The notes: generated by a model from the letters alone, not told the origin. Counted from the whole stretch's first letter, positions 1 to 11,061 are shown. The stretch: 60,153 nucleotides of DNA, filler included, from 8 parts of 8 records of this genome joined end to end with filler, not necessarily neighbours in it; one strand, 5' to 3'. Numbers and translations: made by a program.

Positions 1-1565
1 AAAAAATCCGGTGTTGCAGAAGATAAGATCGTCACCCAGCTGATCCCCTTAAAATACGCCCGGTCCGCTGACATCAAAAAGGTCTTCATGCCCATGGTGT
101 CAAAGGGGAGCGTGGTTATCGACTATGGGCCCACAAACACGGTGATCGTTACAGATGTCTTTTCCAACATCAAACGGCTTTTAAAAATAGTCGGCGCCAT
201 TGACATCAAGGATGTAGGCCGCAGGATCACCTTTGTCCCGCTTTTGCACGGCAATGCTGAAAAACTTATAAAAACCCTGACCCGGCTTTTTAACGGAGAA
301 AAGGGGAAAATCAGGGGCCCGGGCCATAAGCCGGTTTTTGTGGCCGATGAAAGAACCAATACCATTATCATTCTGGCAGGGGAGTTTGAAACCCTGAAAG
401 CAAAAGAAATGTTGAAAACAATGGACCGGAAGGTGCCCAAAAGCGATGCAAAAATCAGGGTGTACTATCTTGAAAACGCAAAGGCCGAAGATCTGGCAGC
501 GGTATTGCAGTCCCTTCCCGGAAAAATAACGGACGGTGAAAAAAACAAGGAGATCCCTCCCCTGGTTTCGGATAAGGTCAAAATCACCCACGACAAGGCA
601 ACCAATAGTTTGATCATCATGGCGGAAAAAGATGAATACCTGGTCCTGGAAGATATCATCAAGCAGTTGGATATCCCCCGCCCCATGGTCTATATTGAAG
701 CCTTGATCATGGAAGTCAGGGACACGGATGACTTCAGTCTCGGGGTGGAATGGATAGCCGGCACCAGCGCCGGTGAAATAAACGGCCAACCCACCGGGGT
801 CTATGGCGGGTTCACCAAGGAGTCGACCAATACCGGTATTTCCGCACTCCCCACACTGGGCCCCGGCAAGGTGGTGACGCCCCCGGGCGGTTTTTCCCTG
901 GGGATCATGGGGGAATCCATCAAAATCGGCGGAATCACCTTTCCCAATATCGGGGCCGCCATCAGGGCGGTGAAAAAAATGAAAAGGTTCACATCATTTC
1001 AACCCCCCAGATCATGACAACGGATAATGAAGAAGCGGAGATCAGCGTGGGGGAAAACATCCCCTATCTCACCAAAAGCGGCACAGGCGAACAAAATTAT
1101 AATACCTTTGAATATAAGGATGTGGGGGTGAAGCTTAAAATCACCCCCCAGATCAACCAGGGCCGGTTTGTCCGCCTCAATATCTTCCAGAAAGTGGAAA
1201 AACTGGCATCTGCCACAGAAAACAATACCCCCACCACATTGAAGCGGACCGCAAAGACCACGGTTGTGGTAAAGGATGCCTCCACCGTGGTCATCGGCGG
1301 CTTGATCGGCGAGGACCTGAATGCAACGGATTACCAGGTGCCCTGCCTCGGCGGCCTTCCCGTGGTGGGCAATTTATTCAAATCCACAAGCCAAAACGGG
1401 ATCCAGACCAATCTCTATATTTTCCTGACACCCAGGATTATTGAAAACCCGGCAGAAGCAGAAGCCGTGTACAGGGAAAAAAATAAAGACATTAATAAAA
1501 TCAGGGAAAAGACCATTCATATGTACAAGGACAAACCCGAAGAAAAGGTCGAAAAACAAGGCTGA
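1..1565 (+). CDS. gspD: Type II secretion secretin GspD (5'-partial; one frameshift)
   Basis: ORFs 88-1017 and 1014-1565 give secretin N-domain repeats (ADERTNTIII, HDKATNSLII), LDIPRPMVYIEALIMEV and secretin core motifs (YKDVGVKLKITPQIN, VPCLGGLPVVGNLFKS). Adding one A to the A-run at ~973-979 restores ...KKNEKVHIISTPQIMTTDNEEA. Confidence 0.92.
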
Positions 1566-1571
1566 CACCAT

Positions 1572-3280
1572 ATGAAACCCCAGAGATTATCCCATATTCT
1601 CCAGGACCGGTTCGGCATATCCCGGGATATGGTTGATGCGGCAAAGGCGTCGGCCGGACGGCACGGAGAACCTTTAACAGATGCCCTTATCAGAAAAAAA
1701 TTGCCAATGAAAAAACCATCCTAAAGGCCCTTGAAATCCTGTATCAGATCCCGGTTTCAGATAAATTAGACACGGGTTCTGCAAGTTCGGATTTTACCCG
1801 GGAGATCTCCATCCACTTTTTAAAAAACCATTATATTGTGCCCCTGATTCAGGCCGGAGAATCCCTGAAGGGGGCCTCTCAGCCCCTCATTGCGGTCAAT
1901 GACCCTGTAAACCTGCCGGCTGTGGACGATTTGACCGCCATGCTCAATATCGGCGCCTACCGTCTGGTGCTCGCAACCAGGGGAGAGATACTGTCGGCCA
2001 TTAATAATTTTTATGACCAGCAAAGGGAGAATGCCCAGAAAATCGTTGACGATATGGAGGATAACGAAAATATCATCAATGAGATTGCCCAGACCTCGGA
2101 TATCCTGGATGATACCAGCGAGGCCCCCATTATCAAGCTGGTAAACCATATTATTTCCCAGTCGGTCAAGGCAAAGGCCAGCGATATCCATATTGAACCG
2201 GGCCCGGGCAGCCTTAAGGTCAGGTACAGGATAGACGGCATCCTTTATGACCTGCTTGAGCCGCCCAAATGGATACAATCCGCCCTGATCACCCGGATCA
2301 AGGTCATGGCCGGTATGGATATCGCCGAAAAGCGTCTGCCCCAGGACAGCCGCATAGAGGTCCGCATCGGAAACAAGGATATTGATATCCGGATTTCCAC
2401 CCTTCCCACGGCCCTGGGCGAAAGACTGGTGCTGAGGCTGCTGGACAAATCAAGCTCCCTTCTGGCCCTGTCCGAGTTCGGCATTGAAGAAAAAAGCCTG
2501 GCCACCATCCGGAAACTGGCCACCCTTCCCAACGGCATTGTCCTCATGACAGGACCCACAGGCAGCGGCAAGACAACCACCCTGTATGCCATGCTCTCTG
2601 AAATCAATACCCCGGATATAAATATCATTACCGTGGAAGACCCGGTGGAGTACAAACTTGCCGGCATCAGCCAGATCCAGGTGAATCCCAAGATCGGCCT
2701 GACCTTTGCAAAAAGCCTGAGATCCATTGTCAGGCAGGACCCGGACGTCATCCTCATCGGGGAGATCCGGGACAATGAAACCGCTTCCATTGCCGTCCAA
2801 TCCGCACTCACCGGCCACATGGTCCTGTCCACCCTTCACACAAACGATTCTGCCGGTGCCATTACCCGTCTGGTGGATATCGGGATAGAGCCCTTTCTCA
2901 TTACATCGGCGGTCAGGGCCGTTATTGCCCAGCGCCTCATACGCATCCTGTGCAATGAATGCAAAGAAGAATATATTCCCGATGATTTAACCTTGCAGCG
3001 CTTGGGGCCGGCAAAGGACAGGTTGTCAAACACGCCCATATACCGGGCCAGGGGATGCGACAAATGTTTTAATACCGGGTATAGAGGGCGGATGCCGATT
3101 TTTGAAATCATGTGCCTTGACCCTCCCCTCAAGTCCCTGATCCTTCAGACATCAGACGCCACAAAAATCAGAGGCCTTGCCATTGAAAACCAGATGACCA
3201 CCCTGCTCCAGGACGGGGTGGACAAGGTGGCCCAGGGGATGACCACCATTGAGGAGGTGCTGCGGGTCACCCAGGCCTAA
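1572..3280 (+). CDS. gspE: Type II secretion ATPase GspE (frameshift in N-terminal part)
   Basis: ASDIHIEP, Walker A GPTGSGKTTT, RQDPDVILIGEIRD, GHMVLSTLHTND, two CxxC. An ATG at 1572 joins ORF 1838-3280 if one A is added to the run at ~1694-1700. Directly follows gspD. Confidence 0.92.
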
Positions 3281-3309
3281 CAGGCAGCCCAAGCTAACTA
3301 AATTATTAG

Positions 3310-3891
3310 TTGCTTAATTTCTTTAATAAACATATATTGTATAGCAGACACAATAAAGCCAGGGCTTATGGAACCGGAACAGATAAAATGACCCAAGGCA
3401 GAGCATATCACCTAAATCTTACAAGCATCCTTTGGCAGAAAAAACAGACCGTCATATCCCTGTGCATGCTGGTCTGTTTTATCATTGCCTATCTTCCGGT
3501 GACAGGCTCCTGGTTTCTTGCCATGAATGGACGGGCAGACCTGTCCGCCCTTGTTATTTCCGCCGTAAAAATAAAAAAACAGGCCATTGATACCCACGAT
3601 ATTTCCCAATCCCTTGATACCCTTTTTCAGCAATTAAAAATTGCCACAGGCCAGATCAAGATTAAAAGAACACCTGATAAGGAAAAGATCCACCTCATAG
3701 AGATCATGCCGGAATATCCTGTCAGGCCCAGGCCCTTTAGGTTAAAATTCATTCAAAAACCAATGGGGGCCTTGCCCGGCCCCTGCCTAAATTATACTTC
3801 CATCTGTATATTAATCGACCCTCCCCCTCCCAGGATAAAATCGGGCCTACACTGCACGGCAAAGGCTTACAAGTTTTATTCTATTTCTTAA
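3310..3891 (+). CDS. Hypothetical membrane protein with C-terminal DPPPPR (start probably 3388)
   Basis: One hydrophobic N-terminal segment (VISLCMLVCFIIAYL); fills the gap between gspE and the next gene and ends 2 nt before it. Confidence 0.5.
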   Translation: MLNFFNKHILYSRHNKARAYGTGTDKMTQGRAYHLNLTSILWQKKQTVISLCMLVCFIIAYLPVTGSWFLAMNGRADLSALVISAVKIKKQAIDTHDISQSLDTLFQQLKIATGQIKIKRTPDKEKIHLIEIMPEYPVRPRPFRLKFIQKPMGALPGPCLNYTSICILIDPPPPRIKSGLHCTAKAYKFYSIS

Positions 3892-3893
3892 AA

Positions 3894-6320
3894 ATGAGGA
3901 TCGATTTAATGAAAACAGCAAGACATGCTCTTTTATTTTTTATATTTATGATATTGGTCACCCTGGCCGGCCAGCCGGCCTTTGCGGCCAAAACCCTGAC
4001 CATGGGGAAGGCCAAGGTGAACACCGGCGGTGATGAGGATGCCAGGACCATTGAACTGGATCTGAAAGCCGCCCATTTTGACAACGTCAACGGCATGGTC
4101 TTTACCCTGACCTATGATGCCGGCGTATTTGATTTCATCGGGCTGGTTAAAGCCCATAAGCCCATTGACAATAATTATAATAAAAAAGATACCCCTGCAA
4201 CCATTGCAGGCACCATATACTACCAGGCCAATAAAGCCGCCCCAGGAAGGGTGCTCATTGCTGCGGCAGGGGCCGAATACCTGGCCCCTTCTGCTGGGGA
4301 ATACACCCCTTTTAAGGTGAAATTCAGGGTCAAACCCGAACAAACCAAGGGGATTTACCCCATCAACCTGGAACAGACGGTCATCGGTCCTGACACAGCC
4401 AAAAACGCAGGCTATGATGCAAAAGTTAAATTGCCTGTGGCTGCCGGCCTTGCACCCGGCGCCGACCCGGCAGACGCCAAAAATTTTTCAGTCTCCCTGG
4501 TTTCCGGCAGCATTGAGGTATCAGACCAGGATGCCGGAGACCTGGAGCCTGTTGTCATTCCGGAAAAACCCGAATCCAGGGTAATTGTCAAACCTGGTGA
4601 AAAATCCGTCCCTTTTTCCGTTAAAGGCGGGGATTCAATTTACACCTGGTCTGTAACAGGGCCGGCACCCATGGTTGATGTTTCCGGAAACACCTTTGTA
4701 TTTAAGGCACCTGTAAAGGGGAATTTTGCCGGGGAGTACACCATAAGCGTAAAAGACAGTATGAATACAAATTCTGAATCCTTTAAGATCTATGTGCCCA
4801 TGAATATTGATCCCGGGGAAACCAAATTTGTATTTCGGACCAATGATCCGGTCAAATCATTCAAGGTAACCGGCGCTGCAGAGGGAGCAGCCTTTACGGC
4901 TGCCATTGACAGCCTGGATGATGACTCGCCAGTGGAAAAAATCACGGGCAAATTTTCACAAAACTTTGAAGCAATCTTTAATTTTGATCCGGCAAAATAT
5001 AAGGACAAGGTAACCCAGGCCACCGGAACCAAGCAATATACAATCGATTTTACGGCCCAAGGCCATGAAAGCCTGCCCCAGATTGATTTGAGCATCCTTC
5101 CTTTGAAAGATTTCAAGGGGATGATTGCTGACAGCAGCGAGGGCGCCCCCATAAATGGCGCCATTGTCACCATTACAAGTCCTGCCGCCTATGCCGGCCG
5201 GGCCGTGGAGAGTGGAACCGGGGTCAATGCCGGAGAATTCATTTTTACCGGCCTGCCGGCGACTCTGCTCAACGGAAAAACAGCCAATTATCAATTCAAG
5301 GTTGAAAAAAAGGGCTATATTTCCGTCAGGTTTACATCCGGTGATCTCACCGGTGACACCCCGGGCGAAATCAAGATGAAAAAGGCGGCCGCCCTTATCA
5401 GCGGCACCATTACCAACCCGGAAGGGGCAATATGCTGGGTCACCCTGCTGGATAAAGACAAAATCCTTGCAGGCCCGGTGGATTCAAAAATGGACGGCAG
5501 TTTCACCTTTAACCTTGAGACTGTACCGGCCCTGCCCAAAAACTTTATAATTAAGGCCTGCAGGGCCGGATGGTCCGGGGAAACCCAAATTTCCGTCAAA
5601 GAATTTGACTATACAGACGCTGCATTGACCCTGGCCGAAATCACAGGGGATATACCCGAGGTCTCAGGGGCGAAACCTTCGGGCGGCAAAGGCATTATTG
5701 ACGGTGCTTCCGGGGGCAATACAGATTTGACCCAGGAAGGCGGACTCCATGCCCAGGTCAAATCCGCATTTGGATCAAACAAAATCAAGCTGGTGATTCT
5801 GCCCAAGGCAGACGGCAAGATTGTAAATGTGGCCCTTCCAGCCCCGGCTGATCCTGCCCAGATCCAGAATCCGTCAGCCCCGAAAACGGCCTTGAAATGG
5901 GAGATCAGCGGTCTTGGTTCCGACGGATGCGCTCTTATCCCGGTCCCATTTAAACTCTCTGATGCAGACAAACTCAGCAGCGGGGATTATGTTGTTCTCT
6001 ATGCACATGAAAGCGCTCCAGACACCTGGAAAGCTGCGGAAATTGAGGGTGAAATCGACTATCTGGGAGACGGGGTCAACGGTATCATCCATGCCAGAAT
6101 CTGCGGCTGGTCCTCCAATACGGTGGGCGTCGGCGCCAAACCCGGTGATGACGGTACAGGTAATGAAGGAACAGATGAAGGCAGTGACGGGGCATGCTTT
6201 ATCTCCCTGGTTTCTGCCGGAGACACAGGGTTGGGCGCAGCATGGCTGGCCCTGGCCGCAGGCTTTGTTGCAGCGGGCTTCCTGGCTGCAACCCGAAAAG
6301 CCGATAATCAAACCCGATAA
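3894..6320 (+). CDS. Large exported surface protein: cohesin-like domain, carboxypeptidase-regulatory-like beta-sandwiches, C-terminal CFI-box-type anchor
   Basis: Signal peptide ending AFA-AK; cohesin-like pattern (VNGMVFTLTYD...FKVKFRVK...GSIEV); GAPINGAIVTI...YQFKVEKKGY; acidic Gly linker then GACFISLV, a hydrophobic helix and RK. Confidence 0.75.
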   Translation: MRIDLMKTARHALLFFIFMILVTLAGQPAFAAKTLTMGKAKVNTGGDEDARTIELDLKAAHFDNVNGMVFTLTYDAGVFDFIGLVKAHKPIDNNYNKKDTPATIAGTIYYQANKAAPGRVLIAAAGAEYLAPSAGEYTPFKVKFRVKPEQTKGIYPINLEQTVIGPDTAKNAGYDAKVKLPVAAGLAPGADPADAKNFSVSLVSGSIEVSDQDAGDLEPVVIPEKPESRVIVKPGEKSVPFSVKGGDSIYTWSVTGPAPMVDVSGNTFVFKAPVKGNFAGEYTISVKDSMNTNSESFKIYVPMNIDPGETKFVFRTNDPVKSFKVTGAAEGAAFTAAIDSLDDDSPVEKITGKFSQNFEAIFNFDPAKYKDKVTQATGTKQYTIDFTAQGHESLPQIDLSILPLKDFKGMIADSSEGAPINGAIVTITSPAAYAGRAVESGTGVNAGEFIFTGLPATLLNGKTANYQFKVEKKGYISVRFTSGDLTGDTPGEIKMKKAAALISGTITNPEGAICWVTLLDKDKILAGPVDSKMDGSFTFNLETVPALPKNFIIKACRAGWSGETQISVKEFDYTDAALTLAEITGDIPEVSGAKPSGGKGIIDGASGGNTDLTQEGGLHAQVKSAFGSNKIKLVILPKADGKIVNVALPAPADPAQIQNPSAPKTALKWEISGLGSDGCALIPVPFKLSDADKLSSGDYVVLYAHESAPDTWKAAEIEGEIDYLGDGVNGIIHARICGWSSNTVGVGAKPGDDGTGNEGTDEGSDGACFISLVSAGDTGLGAAWLALAAGFVAAGFLAATRKADNQTR

Positions 6321-6337
6321 TTAAACCTGAAAATCAT

Positions 6338-6373
6338 AAAAGAGGGGATTCAGACCGGATCCCCTCTTTTTTT
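6338..6373. terminator. Bidirectional intrinsic terminator
   Basis: AAAAGAGGGGAT / ATCCCCTCTTTT 12-bp stem with flanking A/T tracts between convergent genes. Confidence 0.85.
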
Positions 6374-6374
6374 A

Positions 6375-7028
6375 TTAACCTGCAGCCAAAAGAAAATCAC
6401 TGAACAGGGAAAGGGAGAAAATCGCCAGATTCCCCAATACATGGATACAAATGGGGGTAACAAGGCTTTTTGACCGTTCAAAGGAAATAGAAAAAACAAG
6501 CCCGCCGATGATCTGAATCAACACCCCGCACCTGTGGGGTAAATGCAGCAATGCAAAAATAAGGGTGGTTATTACCAGGGCTGCGGGAACCCCAAACCGT
6601 TTAAAAAAAGTATATAAAAACCCTCTGAAAAAAAGTTCTTCACAAACAGGGCCCACCAGGCCACCGGTGATGAAAAAAAGGATCAGATGGTCTTTTGGGA
6701 GGGAAGCATGAATCAGGCGCAAAGGATGTATACCTGCAAGGTATAAAATAAATCCAAGAACAAGCACAAGGATTCCAAAGCCAAAAGACCATGTCAGCCC
6801 GGCTTTCAGGCCTGCCCCCCATTTTCTGATTGACAGGCCTGCCAGGGCAAGGCCGCCGGGCCTGGCTGCCAGCAGGGCCAGCAAAAGGATAATCTGAAAA
6901 GATCTGATCCCTGCCGTTGCCTGGATGGTGGAATCCAGGAGCAGACCGAAGGATTCGCTTATTGCCATGAGGCCTGCCGCCGTGCCGAGCAAGGGAAAGG
7001 GCATATGTTTTTTTTCACTCATCGGCAT
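6375..7028 (-). CDS. CPBP/Abi (type II CAAX-like) intramembrane glutamic protease
   Basis: EELFFRG, FALLH and HVLGN motifs in a multi-TM protein. Confidence 0.9.
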   Translation of the reverse strand: MPMSEKKHMPFPLLGTAAGLMAISESFGLLLDSTIQATAGIRSFQIILLLALLAARPGGLALAGLSIRKWGAGLKAGLTWSFGFGILVLVLGFILYLAGIHPLRLIHASLPKDHLILFFITGGLVGPVCEELFFRGFLYTFFKRFGVPAALVITTLIFALLHLPHRCGVLIQIIGGLVFSISFERSKSLVTPICIHVLGNLAIFSLSLFSDFLLAAG

Positions 7029-7636
7029 TTTTTCACGGCATTATAGGCTGCAATCTGAACATACCATTCCGGCCGGTTTGCAGCCAGTTTTTCAAACAGG
7101 GGAATAAGTTCACAATGGCCCCCCTTTGAAAGGGATTTGACGGCAGCAGAAGCCACTATGATGGCAGGATCATTGACCATGGATTTCAACAAAAGAATGC
7201 TTCCGGGATCCTTTGACCCTGAAAGGGCCTTTACCGTCCAATACCGTTGTGCCACCCCACTGGTGTGAATCCGGGCAGTCAATTGCCCGGGTATTTTACC
7301 CCAATCCCCCCTTTACCGTGGAGAAACCGCAGGGACTCAATCCTGTCCCTGGAATTTTTGAAAAAACCATGTCACCGGCCTTGTCAATGGTCTTTGGAGG
7401 CCCTGGATAAAGATAAAAGCTCAGGGCCGTTGTAAAACAAAGGACAAGAATACCTGATATAAAGCCGGCAAATCTCTGGGGCAGTATCAAAGCGGTCAAA
7501 AATGAAAGCCCCTTAAAAAGGCAAAAAAATATAAAAACAGGCAGCCCGAGAAAAAGACCTGCCATGCACAAGGCCCTGATAAAAACGGCGGTATCTGTTT
7601 TTTGGGAATAGTGTTTCAGGTAATGGCCGGGATGTC
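7019..7636 (-). CDS. Membrane protein with C-terminal HEAT-like repeats (5'-partial, frameshifted)
   Basis: ORF 7296-7571 has two TM segments; ORF 7019-7282 has HEAT-like helices (QRYWTVKALS, DPAIIVASAAVKSL, EWYVQIAAYNAV) and overlaps the CPBP start. Confidence 0.6.
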
Positions 7637-7736
7637 NNNNNNNNNNNNNNNNNNNNNNNNNNNNNNNNNNNNNNNNNNNNTTAATTAATTAANNNNNNNN
7701 NNNNNNNNNNNNNNNNNNNNNNNNNNNNNNNNNNNN
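7637..7736. other. Artificial contig spacer 1
   Basis: N44-TTAATTAATTAA-N44; stops in all six frames; seven identical copies in the window. Confidence 0.98.
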
Positions 7737-8401
7737 TTTTTTATTCTTTTTCTAAAACTCCCACCGGAGACGGCTGTGGTTACCTCTTTGCTTGTGCAAA
7801 CAGCCGGCATGGGGTCTGGGAGTGTCGCGTTTATCAGGAAAAGAACGCGGACCTTCCCCTGGCCGTGTTCTTTTTGGTACTGACGATTCCTGGGCTGGCT
7901 ATTGGAGCGCTGTTCACGCGCCTCCTGTCGTCAGCCAATCTGGAATTGATTTTGGGCATATTGACGCTGACGACAGCGTTTCTTTTTGTATCGGTAAATC
8001 ACAAATACACCGATACGGGTATGGATAGGATCCAGTTGAAAAAGGCTTACCCTTATGGGGGAATCATTTCTGTGTTGGCCGTTGCCAGCGGTATGCTCAG
8101 TGTGAGTGTTGGAGAGTGGTTGGTTCCCCTGATGCGCAGTCGGCTGACGTTGCGCATGCGTACCGCCGTTGCCACCAGTATCGTTACGATTTTCGGCACC
8201 TGCATCGCCGCTTCCATATTTCATTTGATGTTAGGGACGGCGGCTGATCCGATTGCGCTGGCCTGGGCTGTACCCGGTGTCATCATCGGTGGTCAGGTTG
8301 GTCCGAGGTTCACCGATAGGATCAACGAAAGAATACTCAAGGATGTTTTTATTTTTTTGCTTACCCTGATCGGTATTCACCTGATCTACAACAGCTATTG
8401 A
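7737..8401 (+). CDS. TauE/SafE-family (sulfite exporter-like) permease, 5'-partial
   Basis: Multi-TM; SGMLSVSVGEWLVPLM, AVATS and VPGVIIGGQVGPR motifs; an upstream frame (LPPETAVVTSL) joins by a frameshift near 7850. Confidence 0.8.
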
Positions 8402-8412
8402 CCGGCGTTTAG

Positions 8413-9207
8413 ATGAAAGTGACTTGGCGTGAGCACATCATTCTGGAAAAAAGAGAAAATAGACCCTATTCCTTTGTTCTACCCTTTCTTGGTTTTTTGG
8501 TCCTGCTGATGGTATGGGATGTGCTGGCCCGTTTCAGCGGGTGGAGCAGAGAGGTCTTTCCTGGGCCTGTCGTGGTTCTGATCAGCATGGGTGAGCTGGT
8601 GGCCAATGGGATGCTCCTTAAACACACGATAGCCAGTTTGTTCAGAGTCACTGTGGGGTTTTACCTGGCAGCGCTGCTGGGAATTCCTTTGGGGATCGCC
8701 CTTGGAACGATGAAAACCGCCAGTTCCCTGATCAATCCGTTGATACACTTTTTGCGACCCATTTCACCCCTGGCGTGGATCCCTTTGGCCATGCTTTGGT
8801 TTGGCATTGGTGATCCCCCTGCTATATTTTTGATATTTCTGTCCAGCTTTTTCCCTTTGGTGGTATCAACCGCCATCGCCGTTGACGGTATCAACCCAAC
8901 TTATTTTCATGTAGCAGCCAATTTTAATTTTTCTCGATTGGAAACCGTTACTCGGTTGGTGGTGCCCGCCATTGTACCGGATGTGGTAACCGCCCTCAGA
9001 ATGACCGTCACTATTTCCTGGTTGGTCGTAGTGGCTGCGGAAATGATTGCCGTGCAATCCGGTTTAGGATTTTTAATCCTTGATTCGCGAAATGCCTTGC
9101 GCATGGATTATGTTATGGATGGCATGATCGTAATCGGCCTGGTGGGATTGATCTTGGATTGTCTCATGCGGCGGTTGGGCAACCTGGATGTGGCCAGCTG
9201 GCGCTGA
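8413..9207 (+). CDS. ABC transporter permease, SsuC/TauC/NrtB type
   Basis: SLFRVTVGF, LRPISPLAWIPLAMLWFG, VVVAAEMIAVQSGLGFLI. Confidence 0.92.
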   Translation: MKVTWREHIILEKRENRPYSFVLPFLGFLVLLMVWDVLARFSGWSREVFPGPVVVLISMGELVANGMLLKHTIASLFRVTVGFYLAALLGIPLGIALGTMKTASSLINPLIHFLRPISPLAWIPLAMLWFGIGDPPAIFLIFLSSFFPLVVSTAIAVDGINPTYFHVAANFNFSRLETVTRLVVPAIVPDVVTALRMTVTISWLVVVAAEMIAVQSGLGFLILDSRNALRMDYVMDGMIVIGLVGLILDCLMRRLGNLDVASWR

Positions 9208-9226
9208 ACAGGCTGGTGAGGAGTTG

Positions 9227-10028
9227 ATGGTGGGCCGAATTCTAATTGAAAAACTCGATAAAAAATACACCAATCGCCGTAAAGTACCTCGCAGCGACGA
9301 TAATCCCTTGCAGCATCAAGGTGGTATGGTCACCGTGTTGATGGATATCAATTTGGATATTCCGGACGGTGAAATGGTATGTTTCCTGGAGTCCGTCGGG
9401 CTGTGGGAAATCAACACTACTTAGAATCATCGCCGGTTTCGAGACGCCTACCGATGGCGATGTCCGAATCAATGGTAAACCGGTTGATGGACCTTCGGCA
9501 GATCACATCTTTGTCTTTCAGCATAGCGGTTTGTTTCCCTGGATGACTGTTGCCGAGAATGTCGGATTAGGACTGCGCCATAAAAAAGACCTGGATGAAA
9601 GACGCCAACAGATCAAAGAATTCATCGAAATGGTTGAACTGGAAGGGTTTGAGCAGTACTACCCCAGGCAACTGTCCGGCGGCATGCAGCGACGGGCCGA
9701 ACTGGCTCGTGCCCTTGCCGTCAACCCCGATATCATGATCATGGATGAACCGTTCAGTGGGTTGGATTTTCTTACCCACATGAAGATGCGTGAAGAAGTG
9801 GTCAACATGCATACGTTCATTCAGAAGACCATTTTACTGGTTACCCATAATATTGATGATGCGTTGATCATGGGGGATCGAATCGTTATCCTGGGAGGCA
9901 GTCCCACGGGTGTGATGATGGATCGGTCCCTGAAATTTCCCCGTCCCCGTGATTTTGAGAAATCCCCTGAGTTGAGCCGGCTAAGAAGCGAACTCTTCCT
10001 CATGATGGGGGTTAACTATGCGGTATAG
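9227..10028 (+). CDS. ABC transporter ATP-binding subunit, SsuB/TauB type (1-nt insertion just before Walker A)
   Basis: Removing one A at ~9390 gives FLGPSGCGKST; also YPRQLSGGMQRR, MDEPF and VTH. Confidence 0.9.
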
Positions 10029-11061
10029 AATAGCCTCAAAGACCATTGTCCGTTGGGTGCCAAGGCATGCGAAGTTAATCCTTCTTTTTTTGGGCTGGCT
10101 GGGTATCATTTCTTTTTTTCACTACCGATTAAACAACCAAACCTCCAGCCAGCAGCAGGTCAACATTGGATATATGCCAGTCGTCACCAATCTGGCCGCA
10201 CCGCTCTTGGACCATGTCTCTCGCAACAGCGGCGGTATCCATTTTAACGCATTAAAATTTGCTTCTTTTGCCGAAATGGCCGAGTCCCTGAGAAATGGCC
10301 ATATCCAGGCTGCCTTCGTTATCGCTCCCCTGGCAATTGTTCTTCGCCAACAAGGGGTTGATGTAAAAGTCGTAATGATCGGTAATCGGCATGAAAGCAC
10401 GTTGGTGGCGAGAAAATCCTTGAACGCCAAACGATTGGAAGACCTTGCCGGTTGCACCATCGCTGTTCCCATGCGCTTTTCAGGACATAATCTTTGCCTG
10501 GCGAAGATGATTGAGGAAAAGGGGCTTAAGGGAAAAATACGGGTCGTGGAGATGAACCCTCCGGATATGGCCGCCGCACTGACCTCGGGTGCCCTGGACG
10601 CTTATTTTGTTGGAGAGCCCTTCGCCACCCAGACTGTCATCAGTAATGACGCAGATGTCGTGGCCTACGTGGAGTCTCTATGGCCGAATTTTATTTGCAA
10701 TCTCGTGTTGGTCGAAAACACCTGGCTGTCCGCCAATCCGCTATTTGTCCAGGCGCTAGTTCAGACGGCAGCACGGTCTGGCCTTTGGGCCGATGGTCAT
10801 CCAATCGAGGCTGCCCGTATCGTATCCGATTACTGGAATCAGCCCGTTGATCTGGTGAGCCACGCACTGACTGTACCACCTGGGCGGGTGATTTATAATC
10901 GTTTCGTACCCAAGGAAAATGAACTTCAGCAGATGGCCGACCTTATGGTTCGATTCGACTTGATTGAACATGCTGATATCCATGGGTTGGTGGATGATCG
11001 TTTTGCCCTTGCGGCAAACACTGACGGCATCGATGACTTAAAAAGTATCCGCTTGCCCTAA
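10018..11061 (+). CDS. ABC substrate-binding protein, SsuA/NrtA/NMT1-like
   Basis: N-terminal TM anchor; IGYMPV, DLAGCTIAVP, MNPPDMAAALTSGALDAYFVGEPF. Confidence 0.88.
   Translation: MRYRIASKTIVRWVPRHAKLILLFLGWLGIISFFHYRLNNQTSSQQQVNIGYMPVVTNLAAPLLDHVSRNSGGIHFNALKFASFAEMAESLRNGHIQAAFVIAPLAIVLRQQGVDVKVVMIGNRHESTLVARKSLNAKRLEDLAGCTIAVPMRFSGHNLCLAKMIEEKGLKGKIRVVEMNPPDMAAALTSGALDAYFVGEPFATQTVISNDADVVAYVESLWPNFICNLVLVENTWLSANPLFVQALVQTAARSGLWADGHPIEAARIVSDYWNQPVDLVSHALTVPPGRVIYNRFVPKENELQQMADLMVRFDLIEHADIHGLVDDRFALAANTDGIDDLKSIRLP

Noticed and set aside
961-1720. Programmed frameshifting or phase variation in gspD/gspE (also mglA, mrpG, hrpA)
   Set aside because: The same short-homopolymer pattern occurs in nearly every contig and in unrelated taxa; sequencing error is simpler.
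7681-7692. Recurring TTAATTAATTAA palindrome as a biological repeat
   Set aside because: Always centred in N-padding of identical length and gives stops in all six frames; it is an assembly linker.
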